Positions 1 to 10,999 of a stretch of 64,000 nucleotides of DNA are shown here, piece after piece; within the stretch, counting starts at the first letter, position 1, and the number at the start of each line of letters is the position of its first letter. The stretch comes from Hormiphora californensis. Taxonomy: Eukaryota > Animalia > Ctenophora. The notes beneath the pieces are model-generated. The model saw nothing but the letters and a program-made list of their open reading frames with translations, did not search any database and had not been told where the DNA came from. The stretch covers positions 4,092,001-4,156,000 of the forward strand of contig CM035357.1 in the NCBI GenBank assembly GCA_020137815.1, read 5' to 3'. Position numbers and translations under genes: made by a program.

Positions 1-389
1 TAAATCTGCACACAGCATGGTTTTTAAGCCGTTTTTACAGTCAAAACGACCCATTTTAAAATCCATGTAGAGAAAAAACTTTTCATAAAATTGGGGTGTT
101 TTTTTACATTTTTCCACTCCAAATACCTATCTGAAGACCCTAGTGAAGTCCGCTTAGTGTACATTTTTCATCCGAGGTTAAACTTTGTTCAGGCACGGGG
201 TGATGTGTGTAACATATTGCTCCAGAAGGATGAATTATATTTTGATAAGTTTATATTATGAATCTGCAAACTAAACCTTTCCCCTTTCCTGTCCTTTTTG
301 TTTTACTTTTACGATTATCACCCCCCCCCCCCGCCCCGATTCACGTCAACCACTTCTGCTAACACCTCTATCTTTTCAAGCTAGTTTGT

Positions 390-1817
390 ATGTCAATCCA
401 ATGGGGCAGCACAGTTCCTTGTACCCTTTACATTGATGGATCTAAACGATGCGAAATGCACCTACCACCCTCTCTCACCCTCTCCTCCCTATGCTCCGAA
501 ATCTCAGCACAATTCTCCCTCCAACCCCAGCAAATCCGCCTGGAATACTGTGTTTATGGTGCGAGGACATTCCGAGAAACAATCTCTAGCGAGGAACAGT
601 TTTCAGTTATCCTACACGGGTGTGCAAACAGTAAGACAATGCTCCAGCTAAACGCTGTAACAAGAAACGATAGTGATGTCGGTCAGCTGGTCAGAGAGTA
701 CCTAGACAGAGAAGGTCCAGGAATACTAAGAGATCTCTTACATCAGAATAAGATTTGCTGTTGTCACAAGACAGGTAACGGAGCTGTAACTGACGCAATA
801 CCAACGTCATCAGATCAAGCTATGACGTCATCAGATCAAGCTATGACGTCATCAGATCAAGCTATGACGTCACAACACACAGTGACGTCATCCATTTCTT
901 CCTCAAACCAGCACCAGCCCGTTCAACGACGCCGAACTCTCCCCGACCAAGGGGAGGGAGAAGAGTTTGATAGGAAGCGACAAAGAGTGGTAATCGGAGA
1001 ACGAGATACGTTCCTACTGGCCTGTGTGGAAAGTACCCATCATGTTACCCCGGGACAGCAAATGACTGCTACTTGGAACCTTCAGGTCCGTGATACGACC
1101 TCCAAGTGGACAGTTGAGGAGGAAGGAGAGAGCTCACTGTTGAGGGTTGGGGAGGTCCAATGGTCTGGTGGCGAGGGTACAATACGGACTTTTAGTACAG
1201 TGTTCCTGGCTCCAAATGTGCCGGGAACCCACGAGAGCAGGTGGTCATTAGTCAGGGATGGGAGGGTAATGAGCACTTTCGTGTTTTGTAAGGCAATAGT
1301 CGGACAATTTGGTAGTAAGCCTGAGGTAAACCGTGTTGCCACTCACGGTAACATCCCTTCCGATGTTTCAACTCCAAAACTGCTGAACAATAACAAAGTT
1401 TTTTGTATTTCTAAAAATAGCTCAGATTCCCCGGCTAATAATAGCTCTTTTGTGAACCCACATAATTTACCTGCCTCAGTCAACACATCTGAACACTCCG
1501 CAAATGATATCCCACAACCATCCTCCGGAAACAATTCACATTCCTCCGCAAACATTTCACATTCCTCCGCAAACAACCAACATTCCTCGGCAAACAACCA
1601 ACATTCCTCCGCAAACAACCCACATTCCTCCGCAAACAACCAACATTCCTCCGCAAACATCTCAGCGAATATTTCGTTTGTAAACGTTGAACCTGCTGAT
1701 GTTGCAGATGATAATTCTAACTTGTATGAAGCGGGATACTTCCTCGAAAACGCAGATCCTCCCTTACAACAACACCAGATGGAAGAGGAAGGGGAAATAA
1801 AAATGTTGAATATTTAG
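390..1817 (+). CDS. Intronless PB1-like plus NBR1/ILRUN-type FW (Ig-like) domain protein
   Basis: 475-aa ORF. N-terminal PB1/ubiquitin-like segment (..LCSEISAQFSL..IRLEY..TISSEEQF). FW-domain pattern VTPGQQMTATWNL...FLAPNVPGTHESRWSLVRDG. Low-complexity 7-aa repeats. No ZZ or UBA domain visible. Confidence 0.65.
   Translation: MSIQWGSTVPCTLYIDGSKRCEMHLPPSLTLSSLCSEISAQFSLQPQQIRLEYCVYGARTFRETISSEEQFSVILHGCANSKTMLQLNAVTRNDSDVGQLVREYLDREGPGILRDLLHQNKICCCHKTGNGAVTDAIPTSSDQAMTSSDQAMTSSDQAMTSQHTVTSSISSSNQHQPVQRRRTLPDQGEGEEFDRKRQRVVIGERDTFLLACVESTHHVTPGQQMTATWNLQVRDTTSKWTVEEEGESSLLRVGEVQWSGGEGTIRTFSTVFLAPNVPGTHESRWSLVRDGRVMSTFVFCKAIVGQFGSKPEVNRVATHGNIPSDVSTPKLLNNNKVFCISKNSSDSPANNSSFVNPHNLPASVNTSEHSANDIPQPSSGNNSHSSANISHSSANNQHSSANNQHSSANNPHSSANNQHSSANISANISFVNVEPADVADDNSNLYEAGYFLENADPPLQQHQMEEEGEIKMLNI
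805..871 (+). repeat. 21-bp coding tandem repeat (TSSDQAM x3)
   Basis: acgtcatcagatcaagctatg repeated three times in frame. Confidence 0.9.
1535..1660 (+). repeat. 21-bp coding tandem repeat (HSSANNQ-like x6)
   Basis: cattcctccgcaaacaaccaa-like units in frame. Confidence 0.9.
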
Positions 1818-1935
1818 TTTTTTATCGAAACAGTTCAGAATAATTTATCTTGGCAGTTCAGAATATTATATTTGTTATTTATAGTACTATCGTACATGCT
1901 GCACTAAGTTTTTTAACTCTCAGTTCAACATATAT

Positions 1936-2859
1936 TAGGCTGTCCAAGAAATAATGTCGCGGGCCGATTTCTCCAACTTAACTCAACAATTTCGGTATAC
2001 AACTTTTTCTAGCACCTAGATCTAACCTTTGTCTGTATAAAACAAGTGTCTGTTTTTAAAAATTTGATATTTGACGTCCCTTGGTGAACCCGGAAAAATT
2101 GCAAAAAATTTTGCCGCTGAACGAGATTTCCTTGCATGTTAAAAAAACTGCTATAGTTATTTAATTAAGCATCTGTAAGATTTTTAATGACATCAAACTT
2201 GTTTATTAGACAAATATCTATCGTTTGAGTGGTGAATGAAGTCACAGGTCCAATTTGTCTCGGAGCTATGGAGCTCTGAAAAATTTTGGTCAAAATCGGA
2301 AATTTTCACTTCCGGCATACTTCAGGTTTGATTGGATTGGTGAATGATAAATTTTTTGATGGTAATTAATAGTCCCAACTAAGCTTTTAACCGTAGTAAA
2401 GTTAACTTTTGGCTTTGGTAAGGTTTTTAGGTGAAAAAATGCGGTTTTTTGAAAGTCCCGTTTTTTGGGTCCAAAATCGAGGTAAAATTTTTACGTTTTT
2501 TCACTTTTTTGGGGTAGATTTACTAAGTTTGACGTTTTTATACAACGCGTCGAGACTAAAATCGCATGGTTACTATATCTTTGGACGATGGGCTATCGAT
2601 TGGCGCCATTTAGAGATGTGGAAACTCAAAGGGGTTCCTTCCAGAGACGTTTTAAAATTTGCAAAACTCCCGTTCAGCGGCACATCGACTTCCGGTGACA
2701 GATGACCCAAATATGGGCAATGAAAATATCAGTATGAAATTCTAAATGTGTTTCCCCGACTGGAAATTGTCTACTGAACAAGATAGAACTAGTTTAAAGT
2801 CGCTAACTCATGTATTTCTACAAAAAATTGTTAGACGACATTATTTCCTGGACACTCTA
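1936..2859. mobile_element. Non-autonomous DNA transposon (TAG termini, possible ATAT TSD; Academ-like tentative)
   Basis: TIR taggctgtccaagaaataatgtcg ... cgacattatttcctggacactcta, with ATAT on both sides. Confidence 0.6.
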
Positions 2860-3026
2860 ATATTACGAGTTTTTCAGTTTTCTACTATTATGTATTGAAT
2901 ATTCCCAATTCCGGATTGATTCCAAATGATTTAACCACTGCCATTTCCCAGGATGTCTGTCTAGCCCCCTCCTTCCTTTTCTCCTCGGCCGTTTTCAAGT
3001 CTGTTCCCTAGTTACATAGTAACGCG

Positions 3027-6000
3027 ATGGTGGTAAGTTATGCAACTTTTCCACCCTTTTTTTCATCCTCTAACTTTTAAATATTCCGAAAATTAACCGA
3101 TTAAATCGTGTCTAATAATTGGTTTCACAGAGTTGGCTGGGCTATGGTAACTCTGCTACAGTGTCCGTGATTTTGGATGACGAAGAAACACGAGAAAAGG
3201 TAAACGCAGCTAATCACACATATTGTACTGACTGAACAACATGCTTAGAAACGTTGATATATTATCTGCCAATATTGCCCCCTTCCCCCTAAAGTCTAAA
3301 CCCAAATCCCCGGATTCCCCACCTAGGGTAAACCGGGGCAAAATGGTTAACTTTTTACTTAATCGGTTCTCACTTCCATTTAAAAAAAGATACAATGAAA
3401 AAAATTATATAGGATTAAAGTTCATTATTTTATCTTTCAAATAAGATAAATTTCGACTCTAGGGACCATCATTTACTTAACTAAATAACTAATTTAAAAA
3501 TTTTGGTCGGAAAAAATGGTACCGGGGCAATTCGGACAACACCAATAGGAGTGCTTTATTTCGTCACGTGGGAGTCACGTGAACGTCCTAACAACACCAG
3601 AAGAAGATTCCCGCCTGGTGTTGTTAGAGGTGGGGGCAATTCGAACAATGTAATCTACACGCAATCTACACGCTGGTCGTTCTTGTTCGAATTGCCCCGG
3701 TATCACGCATGATCACGTGGTACAAAGAACTGCACATCATTGGCCCGGGTGTTAACCAAATTGCCCCTGTTCGAATTGCCCCGGTTGTTCGAATTGCCCC
3801 GGTAATCTTAATTTACCAGAATTTTTTACCAGGAATGAAAACATGCGAATATTTAAATAATTTTTATACCATCTGAAAGCTGATATTATTAGCTTTCAGC
3901 TGGTTTTTTCAAATCGGAAATTGACCAACTTAAACCGGATCTAGAGCCTATTTAGTGGTAACGGGCAGGCTCGAACGAGCAGTTTTCTTCTGGAGATAGG
4001 ATGACGTCATTATGATAGCTTAACTAGGTGAGAGACGGGCAGTACATTGTTCGAATTGCCCCGGTTGTTCGAATTGCCCCGGTTTACCCTAACTGTATGC
4101 AGTTAGGTGTTGAGCCCACCCCTCCCCCGGAATCCCCAACACTACACTCTCTCGTTCCCCCAGGTTCCCGTCTACGCAGAGGACGAGTCAAAGGAAACAC
4201 ATCACTTGTTCTACGATGGTGAGAGTGTCACGGGAAAAGTGGACATCAAACTGAAACAGGAGGGCAAAAAGTTGGAGCACCAGGGAATTAAAATTGAGTT
4301 CCTCGGGCTAATTGGTGAGGATAATGATTACTAATTTTAATGGTTATCTTGCTCGTGTTTTATTTCTGGCCTATTTGATATGAAAGCCAAAGCTTTTTCA
4401 GCTATCATTAGAACCAGATTAGGATCATTAAAAACAGATTGGGATATTTCGACTCAAATGATTATATATTTTCAGAGATCTACTACGATAGAGGTAACCA
4501 CTACGAGTTTGTAAAACTTGATAAGGACCTCGCACGGCCTGGAATGCTGACTGAGTCTTGCTCCTTTCCTTTTGAGTTCCTCAAAGTTGTGAAGCAGTAT
4601 GAGTCGTACGCAGGACGTAATGTTCGGCTCAGGTATGTGTGTCTATAGTCTACAATCCCTGACGGGAAACCAATCATCAGGCGACCCCCGTCAGGGATTT
4701 CATGAGACATGTTGAGGGTCTATAATGTACATGTTACATAAAGTGTGAATATATATGTGTGAATTTGTCCATACATTTGCATTGGACACCTTGTCACATA
4801 TAATATCGTGTGTGAGAGAGAGGTTCTGAACAAGTAAATTGACAGTGGACACCCATTAATCATGAACTCCAAAAATCACTCGACCGTAATTCGTGAATTT
4901 AGTGTTTGGTAAACAAACGACTAAAAAACCCTCAATTCCAACCTCTCCACTAGGTACTTTGTGAAGGTAACCATCAGTAGGAGACTTGTGGACATTATAC
5001 ACGAGAAGGGTCTCGTTGTTCACCAGCTGTCGTGCTACCCAGAGACCAATTCACCCTTGAAAATGGAGGTGGGGATCGAGGATTGTCTGCATATTGAGTT
5101 CGAGTACAACCGCAGCAAGTGGGTATTTAGTTAAATGTTTCTTATTAATTTTTACTTTACTTTTTTAACCTAATTCATCTTGATCGTTACACTGTTATTT
5201 GATTACTGCTGGGTCAATGATACTATCTTGATGATAATACGTTTTAACCGGCAGCGGACGGGGTACGGACCGGTGGGACCTTAAATTAAATTTTAGTGCC
5301 ATCAATGTTTTCTTTAGAAAGTTTAGGTTGTCGGTTCGAGCCCGGCCCTCGCCAGATATTTTTCAAATTTTCCTCCCTATTTAATCCTGAACAGATCTCA
5401 TTCATTGATATTTATATTTCCAGGTACCACCTAAATGACGTCATTGTTGGAAAGATATACTTCATACTGGTTCGAATCAAGATAAAGCACATGGAACTAT
5501 CGATTATCAAGAGAGAGACAACTGGATCCGGACCTAACACGTATAATGAGAATGAGCAGATTAGCCGATTTGAAATCATGGACGGGGCCCCTGTTAGAGG
5601 TATGTATGTGTGAGTGTGTGTGTGCAAGTGTAAATAACACACCACCTGTCTACCCCCACCCCTGCTATGTTCTTCTTTTATACCCATATCTTACAAATCG
5701 CCTCCAATATCCAACCCCCTCTTTCTCTCCCCAACTCACACAACTTTCTCCCCAACTCACACAACTTTCTCCCCAACTCACACAACTTTCTCCCCAACTC
5801 ACACAACTTTCTCCCCAACTCACACAACTTTCTCCCCAACTCACACAACTTTCTCCCCAACTCACACAACTTTCTCCCCAACTCACACAACTTTCTCCCC
5901 AACTCACACAACTTTCTCCCCAACTCACACAACTTTCTCCCCAACTCACACAACTTTCTCCCCAACTCACACAACTTTCTCCCCAACTCACACAACATTC

Positions 6001-7116
6001 TCCCCAACTCACACAACTTTCTCCCCAACTCACACAACTTTCTCCCCAACTCACACAACTTTCTCCCCAACTCACACAACATTCTCCCCAACTCACACAA
6101 CTTTCTCCCCAACTCACACAACTTTCTCCCCAACTCACACAACTTTCTCCCCAACTCACACAACATTCTCCCCAACTCACACAACTTTCTCTCCCCAACT
6201 CGCACAACATTCTCCCCAACTCACACAACTTTCTCCCCAACTTTCACAGGAGAGTCCATACCAATCCGACTGTTCCTCTCTGCGTATGATCTGACTCCGA
6301 CCATGAAAGATGTGAACAAGAAATTCAGTGTCAGATACTATTTAAACCTGGTGTTGGTTGATGAAGAAGACAGACGATACTTCAAACAACAGGTAGATAG
6401 ACAAACAGACAAACATACTAGAAAACTAACAGACTGACAAACAAATCGGCCCAACAAATACGTTCCTGTTTTACTTGTTTGTAGTCGTGTGATCTTATGA
6501 AAAGCGACTGCTATTTTGATGAACTTATACCCGGATTGCTTGTGCTGTTGATACACGAAGTGACTTGGTGCCCATATATGTTAGGGTATATGCTCAACAT
6601 GAACATATGACACGGAATGATAGTACTAAAACTCACTGCGTGTCCGGGCACGGGGTGTCGTTAATGTAGCGCGCGAAGACTCCCTACTGTCGAGAGGTAG
6701 GGTGATTTCGCGCGCGTGAGTAACCTTACTCGCCCGGAGTCAAGTCAGTGACTGGTGGAACTGCAAATGACGGTCCATCCGGTCCATCATCATCAATGTT
6801 GATGGCTGATTCTCAACTTTAAAGAAGCGAAACGATAACTTAACTTTTTTGAAGAAGTGTAACAGATACACTGGCACAAGACCAACATGTCTGAACTTTC
6901 GAAATCTATCTAACATTTTAGATTCCTATTAACTATTTCCTAATTCACATTATGAATATCATGATTGTCAATTAAGAGTCTTTTTTAAACAACATAGTTC
7001 TGACACATTCTGACATATTTCCACTGTTTCAGGAGGTAACCTTATGGCGAAAATCTCCGACGTCGCTAAAGCCAGAAAACCGGGGAGTTGCAGCGTTGGA
7101 AAATATGCGAACCTAG
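3027..7116 (+). CDS. VPS26: Retromer subunit VPS26 (8 exons)
   Basis: Exons about 3027-3032, 3131-3199, 4164-4314, 4476-4632, 4954-5118, 5424-5599, 6250-6392 and 7033-7116 with GT-AG junctions and compatible phases. Motifs LFYDGESVTGKV, LEHQGIKIEF, KMEVGIEDCLHIEFEY, FEIMDGAPVRGESIPIRLFL, LVDEEDRRYFKQQE. Confidence 0.97.
3326..4089. mobile_element. Tc1/mariner-pogo-type MITE in VPS26 intron 2
   Basis: TIR GGGTAAACCGGGGCAA...TTGCCCCGGTTTACCC flanked by TA. Internal repeats of gttcgaattgccccgg in both orientations. Confidence 0.8.
5722..6243 (+). repeat. 21-bp minisatellite (ctccccaactcacacaacttt, about 25 copies) in VPS26 intron 6
   Basis: Direct tandem array ending a few nt before the 3' splice site at 6249. 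Confidence 0.97.
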
Positions 7117-7996
7117 AGGAATGGGAAGGGGGATTAAAAACACTAATTAGGGGCTCTCTTGTTAAACGAGAAGGAAAGACTCAGTGAGAGAAAGAGAAAT
7201 AGAGAGAGAGAGAATGGAGAAAAAGAGTATGTTGAAATGTATTTTTATTGGCATGAGAGTGTATGTTTTTTGTGTTTGAGAGGTTTTAGGGCGACAAAAG
7301 TGACATCCTAGTTGAATTGTGTCAGACAACTCAACAGTCAACATCCAGTGTGAGCAACCTTATTGACTTTTTAACAAGAGAGAGAGAGAGAAGACTAGAA
7401 CATAAAAAGGAAGTTGATTCTTCTTCTAAAGTTAGTGAGTACTTCACTGCTCGAGTGACTGAAAAGTGGGTTTTTCATAGTTCTTTCTTTGTCTGTTACT
7501 CATGCGTGTGTGTTGTGTATTAATCTATGTGTGTGAGAGAGAGGATAAACAATGAGGAAGTCTATATCGTATGTAAACACCCTTTTTTCCCTCGTTTGCC
7601 CTCTCTAAATTTTGTGTTGATTCTAGTTAATATGATTGCCGTGTTTTTGATTTATAAAATCCTGATTTTTTATTTTGTTTTCGAACTGAGTGTCTAGAAA
7701 GCCACAAAAATTATACCTAGTCAGAATACATGGAGCAGATACTACGTCAAACCTCGAGACTAAGAAAAAAATTTCACCGGCTTTCTAAACACAAATGCAC
7801 CCAATACGATCATGGGAACTCGGCCGAGGACAGTGGTTGCCTTGTGAGACCCTCTATTTTTCGTGAGAGTAAGAGCATAACTAGACGGTGGTAGACGGCA
7901 TTTAAATTAGCCATGTGTGGGTCTTGTATAATTGATAGGGTAGGGTCTTGTCGTGATTTTGACATGGTTCATTATTGAGTCAATGACCCACTGCTC

Positions 7997-8019
7997 CTGT
8001 CAGGTCAATGATCTGACAG
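7997..8019 (+). mobile_element. Solo 23-bp palindromic micro-element with 8-bp TSD
   Basis: cactgctc-CTGTCAGGTCAATGATCTGACAG-cactgcta (TSD matches 7/8). Confidence 0.75.
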
Positions 8020-8055
8020 CACTGCTAGGCTCGAGCTTGGTGACATAGACACCGT

Positions 8056-8613
8056 TGTAGGGCACACGAGTTAGGTTCCTCGTGTTCCTACATTGTTTCT
8101 CTCTCAGAGTGACTGAGAGTTAGTCAGATGATAGGCATTTGATGATCTTATGATGGTTGAGAGTGAGTTAGGAGGATACAAATATTTAGGAATTCTTTGG
8201 GGGAGATTTGATATTATTTATTTGTTAATGGAGAGATATTAGAAGAGGAGAATTTGGGTCAATGTTTTAGATGAGTAGGGATAGCGAGAAGCCGCGTATA
8301 GGGGATTGTACGACGTGCCGAGAGGAGAAGCTGCCACGTCAGCCTAGGCTGGCGTGGATCGCGTGATCTGAGAAAGAGGTGACCTGAGAGCGAGAGAGGA
8401 GAGTGGGGAGTTCTGTTTTGAGGGGAGTAGAATATGTTGCTCGGGAGATGGTGGGGAAACCATCTCTCTTATATATAATTGGCTTTGCCCTAGTTTTGTG
8501 AGTCTCGTAGGAGGAGAAAGAGTTGTTTGAGGGAGTTGAGTTATTAGCAATAATTATATGTTGTATTATCTATTGCATATAAAATGATTGTAGTTAGGGG
8601 CTTATTAGTTACA
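8056..8613 (-). mobile_element. Probable solo LTR
   Basis: TGTA...TACA ends, flanks accgt/acctt (4/5). On the minus strand a TATA-like TATATAA near 8470 is followed by AATAAA near 8217. Confidence 0.4.
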
Positions 8614-9118
8614 ACCTTTTAACCGACCCATTTCAATTAGTACGACTCTACTCGGTGTTCCCCAATATTCTCGAGGGGTTCTCTATATTATCTCTTCTTG
8701 CCACATTGGCAATTCTCACTCTAGGGGAACACTAGGTAACGGATCGGGGGAACTCCTTATGCCTAGTTTAGGGTACAAAGTGTCTCCAGCCTCACTTCTA
8801 GCCACATTGGCAACTCTCTATAAGTGGGGACACTTAGTATCGGCAATAGGAGCTTCACGTTTGGTTGGATCGCGGCCAGTCACAAATCCTAAGGATACTG
8901 ATCGGTGCAAGGTTAGGGGTCTTGTACGCTGCTAGACCAGCAAGGTTTTTTGGGCTGGAAACCCCAGTCCGTAGGTTGTCGAGCACGCTCAAGGGGAGGT
9001 CTAGTTACCCTTGTAGCGCCTAGCATTTTACAGTCCGTGCTGACGGCTCGGCTCACCCTACACCGTGCACGACCAAGATTGAGCTCACACACAGGTGTCT
9101 GCTCCGCCTCAAAAAGGG

Positions 9119-9684
9119 CCGTAAGTGCCCTTAGAGTAGTAGTAGAGAAAAAATCAAGGGCACTAAAGTGATCAGCGCCCTCACATTAGTGGGGGTAGGT
9201 GCTGGAATTAAGTCTCTATCACATCTGGTTAATTAGATAATTGGTTAATTAGATGCACACATAGCCGTTTTTGGCCATATGGCTATAGCCACTTAGGAGT
9301 GGCGTAGAGACTTTTCACAGGCGCCATTTTGTAGGCAATGGCCAAGTTATGGGGGGTCTACGTCGGACTTTTAAGCTCTATCTCCAACCGTTTAGCCGTT
9401 ATTAGGCTTTAAAGGTACTCAAAATCGGGCTTTCTACCGTTTTTTGCTTATTATGTGAGGTCGCTGAACACTTAAGTGCCCTTGGTTTTTTCTCTACTCG
9501 TTTCCTAAGATGGTTTTTACCGTATAACCATAAAACGGCTTTGTGCGCATCTAATTATCCAATTATCTAATTAACGAGATGAGATAGAGACTTAATTCCA
9601 GCACCTACCCACACTAATGTGAGGGCGCTGATCACTTAAGTGTCCTTGGTTTTTTCTCTACTCCTACTCTAAGGGCACTTACGG
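9119..9684. mobile_element. MITE with about 150-bp TIRs (CCGTAAG termini)
   Basis: 9119-9270 is the reverse complement of 9533-9684. TSD not evident. Confidence 0.8.
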
Positions 9685-10329
9685 TGTTGGCTTCAGGCTG
9701 AAAGTACCATGTAACCAATTAGGCCCAATTAAGTCAAGTTCTTCACCGCGTAGAGTGCGGTGAATTTTTGTGGTGGTTCTAGGGACCTTTTAGAGTGCCA
9801 TAGAAGTGGAATTAGATTTACAACTTTTACGCCGAGAAAAAAACGTCATATGACCAGCCTATATTAATGCCGGGTATTTTCCAGTACTCACAAGAGTTCA
9901 ACCTATCTTCTGATACCCTCAGATTCACTCTACACCGTCTGGGAGTGGTGCAAAAAGGCTCGGAAGCCAGATTATAGATTTGACTTCAGTGTCAATTTTG
10001 ACCCACTTCCTGTTGACAAACAAACGTCTCGGGTATTTTCCAGTAAACTAGGACCAATTTGTAGTCTTTTGCGACAAACCGGATGCAAATCGGTCCAGTG
10101 GATCACGTGCAATTTGGCTTGAAAGACACGACCCTTTTTTAGGGGGCGGAGCGGACAACTATGTGCGAGCTCGATCTCGCACGCACTAGGTGTCAATGTC
10201 ACCAATGCTCGAGCATGATCGGTGCCCGGGAGCTTGTCGATAGGCAATAGCTTCTTTTAACAGATACTAATGTGACAATGTGTTGTGAAGGTCGAAGTCC
10301 TCTCTGGCTCTCTCCCACTTCAAGTTTAA

Positions 10330-10617
10330 TATAAACCACTCCCCCTGCTGATATTTCCCGCAGTCTACTATGGTATATCAGATAATTCCCTCCCGCTGTT
10401 GTCAGTACCCATCCACACCTTTCATAATTTCCGGGGTCGGTTTATAACAAATAACCACGGCTAGTAAAGTAATGAAATTTGATAATCCCCTACGGGGATT
10501 ATCACACGATATTCCCCTCGTCGTTTCACTCCTCGTGGATATCTATATTGATATACCAGCCTGTCAGGCTGGTATATCAAATTTCATCCCTCCACTAGCC
10601 GGGGTTATCTATATTAT
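10330..10617. repeat. Dispersed three-hairpin element; second copy inverted at 54620-54912
   Basis: Clear sequence similarity between the two loci. Terminal IR encloses three hairpins. Confidence 0.8.
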
Positions 10618-10999
10618 AACGCTACCTCCGAATAATGACTGAGACTCGATATGATGCCCCGCGAATGCCCTCCCTAAAAGTTTTAGTGATCTTTCTCCCC
10701 GGGAATCTCCCTCTATACTGCTATCTCTCCCGGTCGTGGTCCCCTCCGGTAGAATAGCTCTCTCAGTCACTTCCCACATCAAATCCAGTGCCATTTTATT
10801 GTTTTTCGTCTTGAGTGACAACGGAAAAACATTGATCAGGATGGAGCTGCGTTGTTTGAAAACTAAATTATCTTTACTGTTCAACCTTGCAATAGCTTCA
10901 AATTTTTAGTTGATTTATTGATTGCACTTTTGGTTGCGATGATATTCTTCAAATTGTACAGTAGTGTTTACGGTATGACTAGTTAGTAAACTGACCAGT

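Noticed and set aside
5325-5354. tRNA gene (GGTTCGAGCCC...GCCA)
   Set aside because: Only a T-arm/B-box-like 3' half. No D arm or full cloverleaf; at most a SINE remnant.
5722-6243. CRISPR-like array
   Set aside because: No unique spacers, no cas genes, eukaryotic context.
5546-6289. Long repetitive ORFs (SPQLTQL, PNSHNFL)
   Set aside because: Stop-free 21-bp intronic minisatellite. Only 6250-6392 is VPS26 exon.
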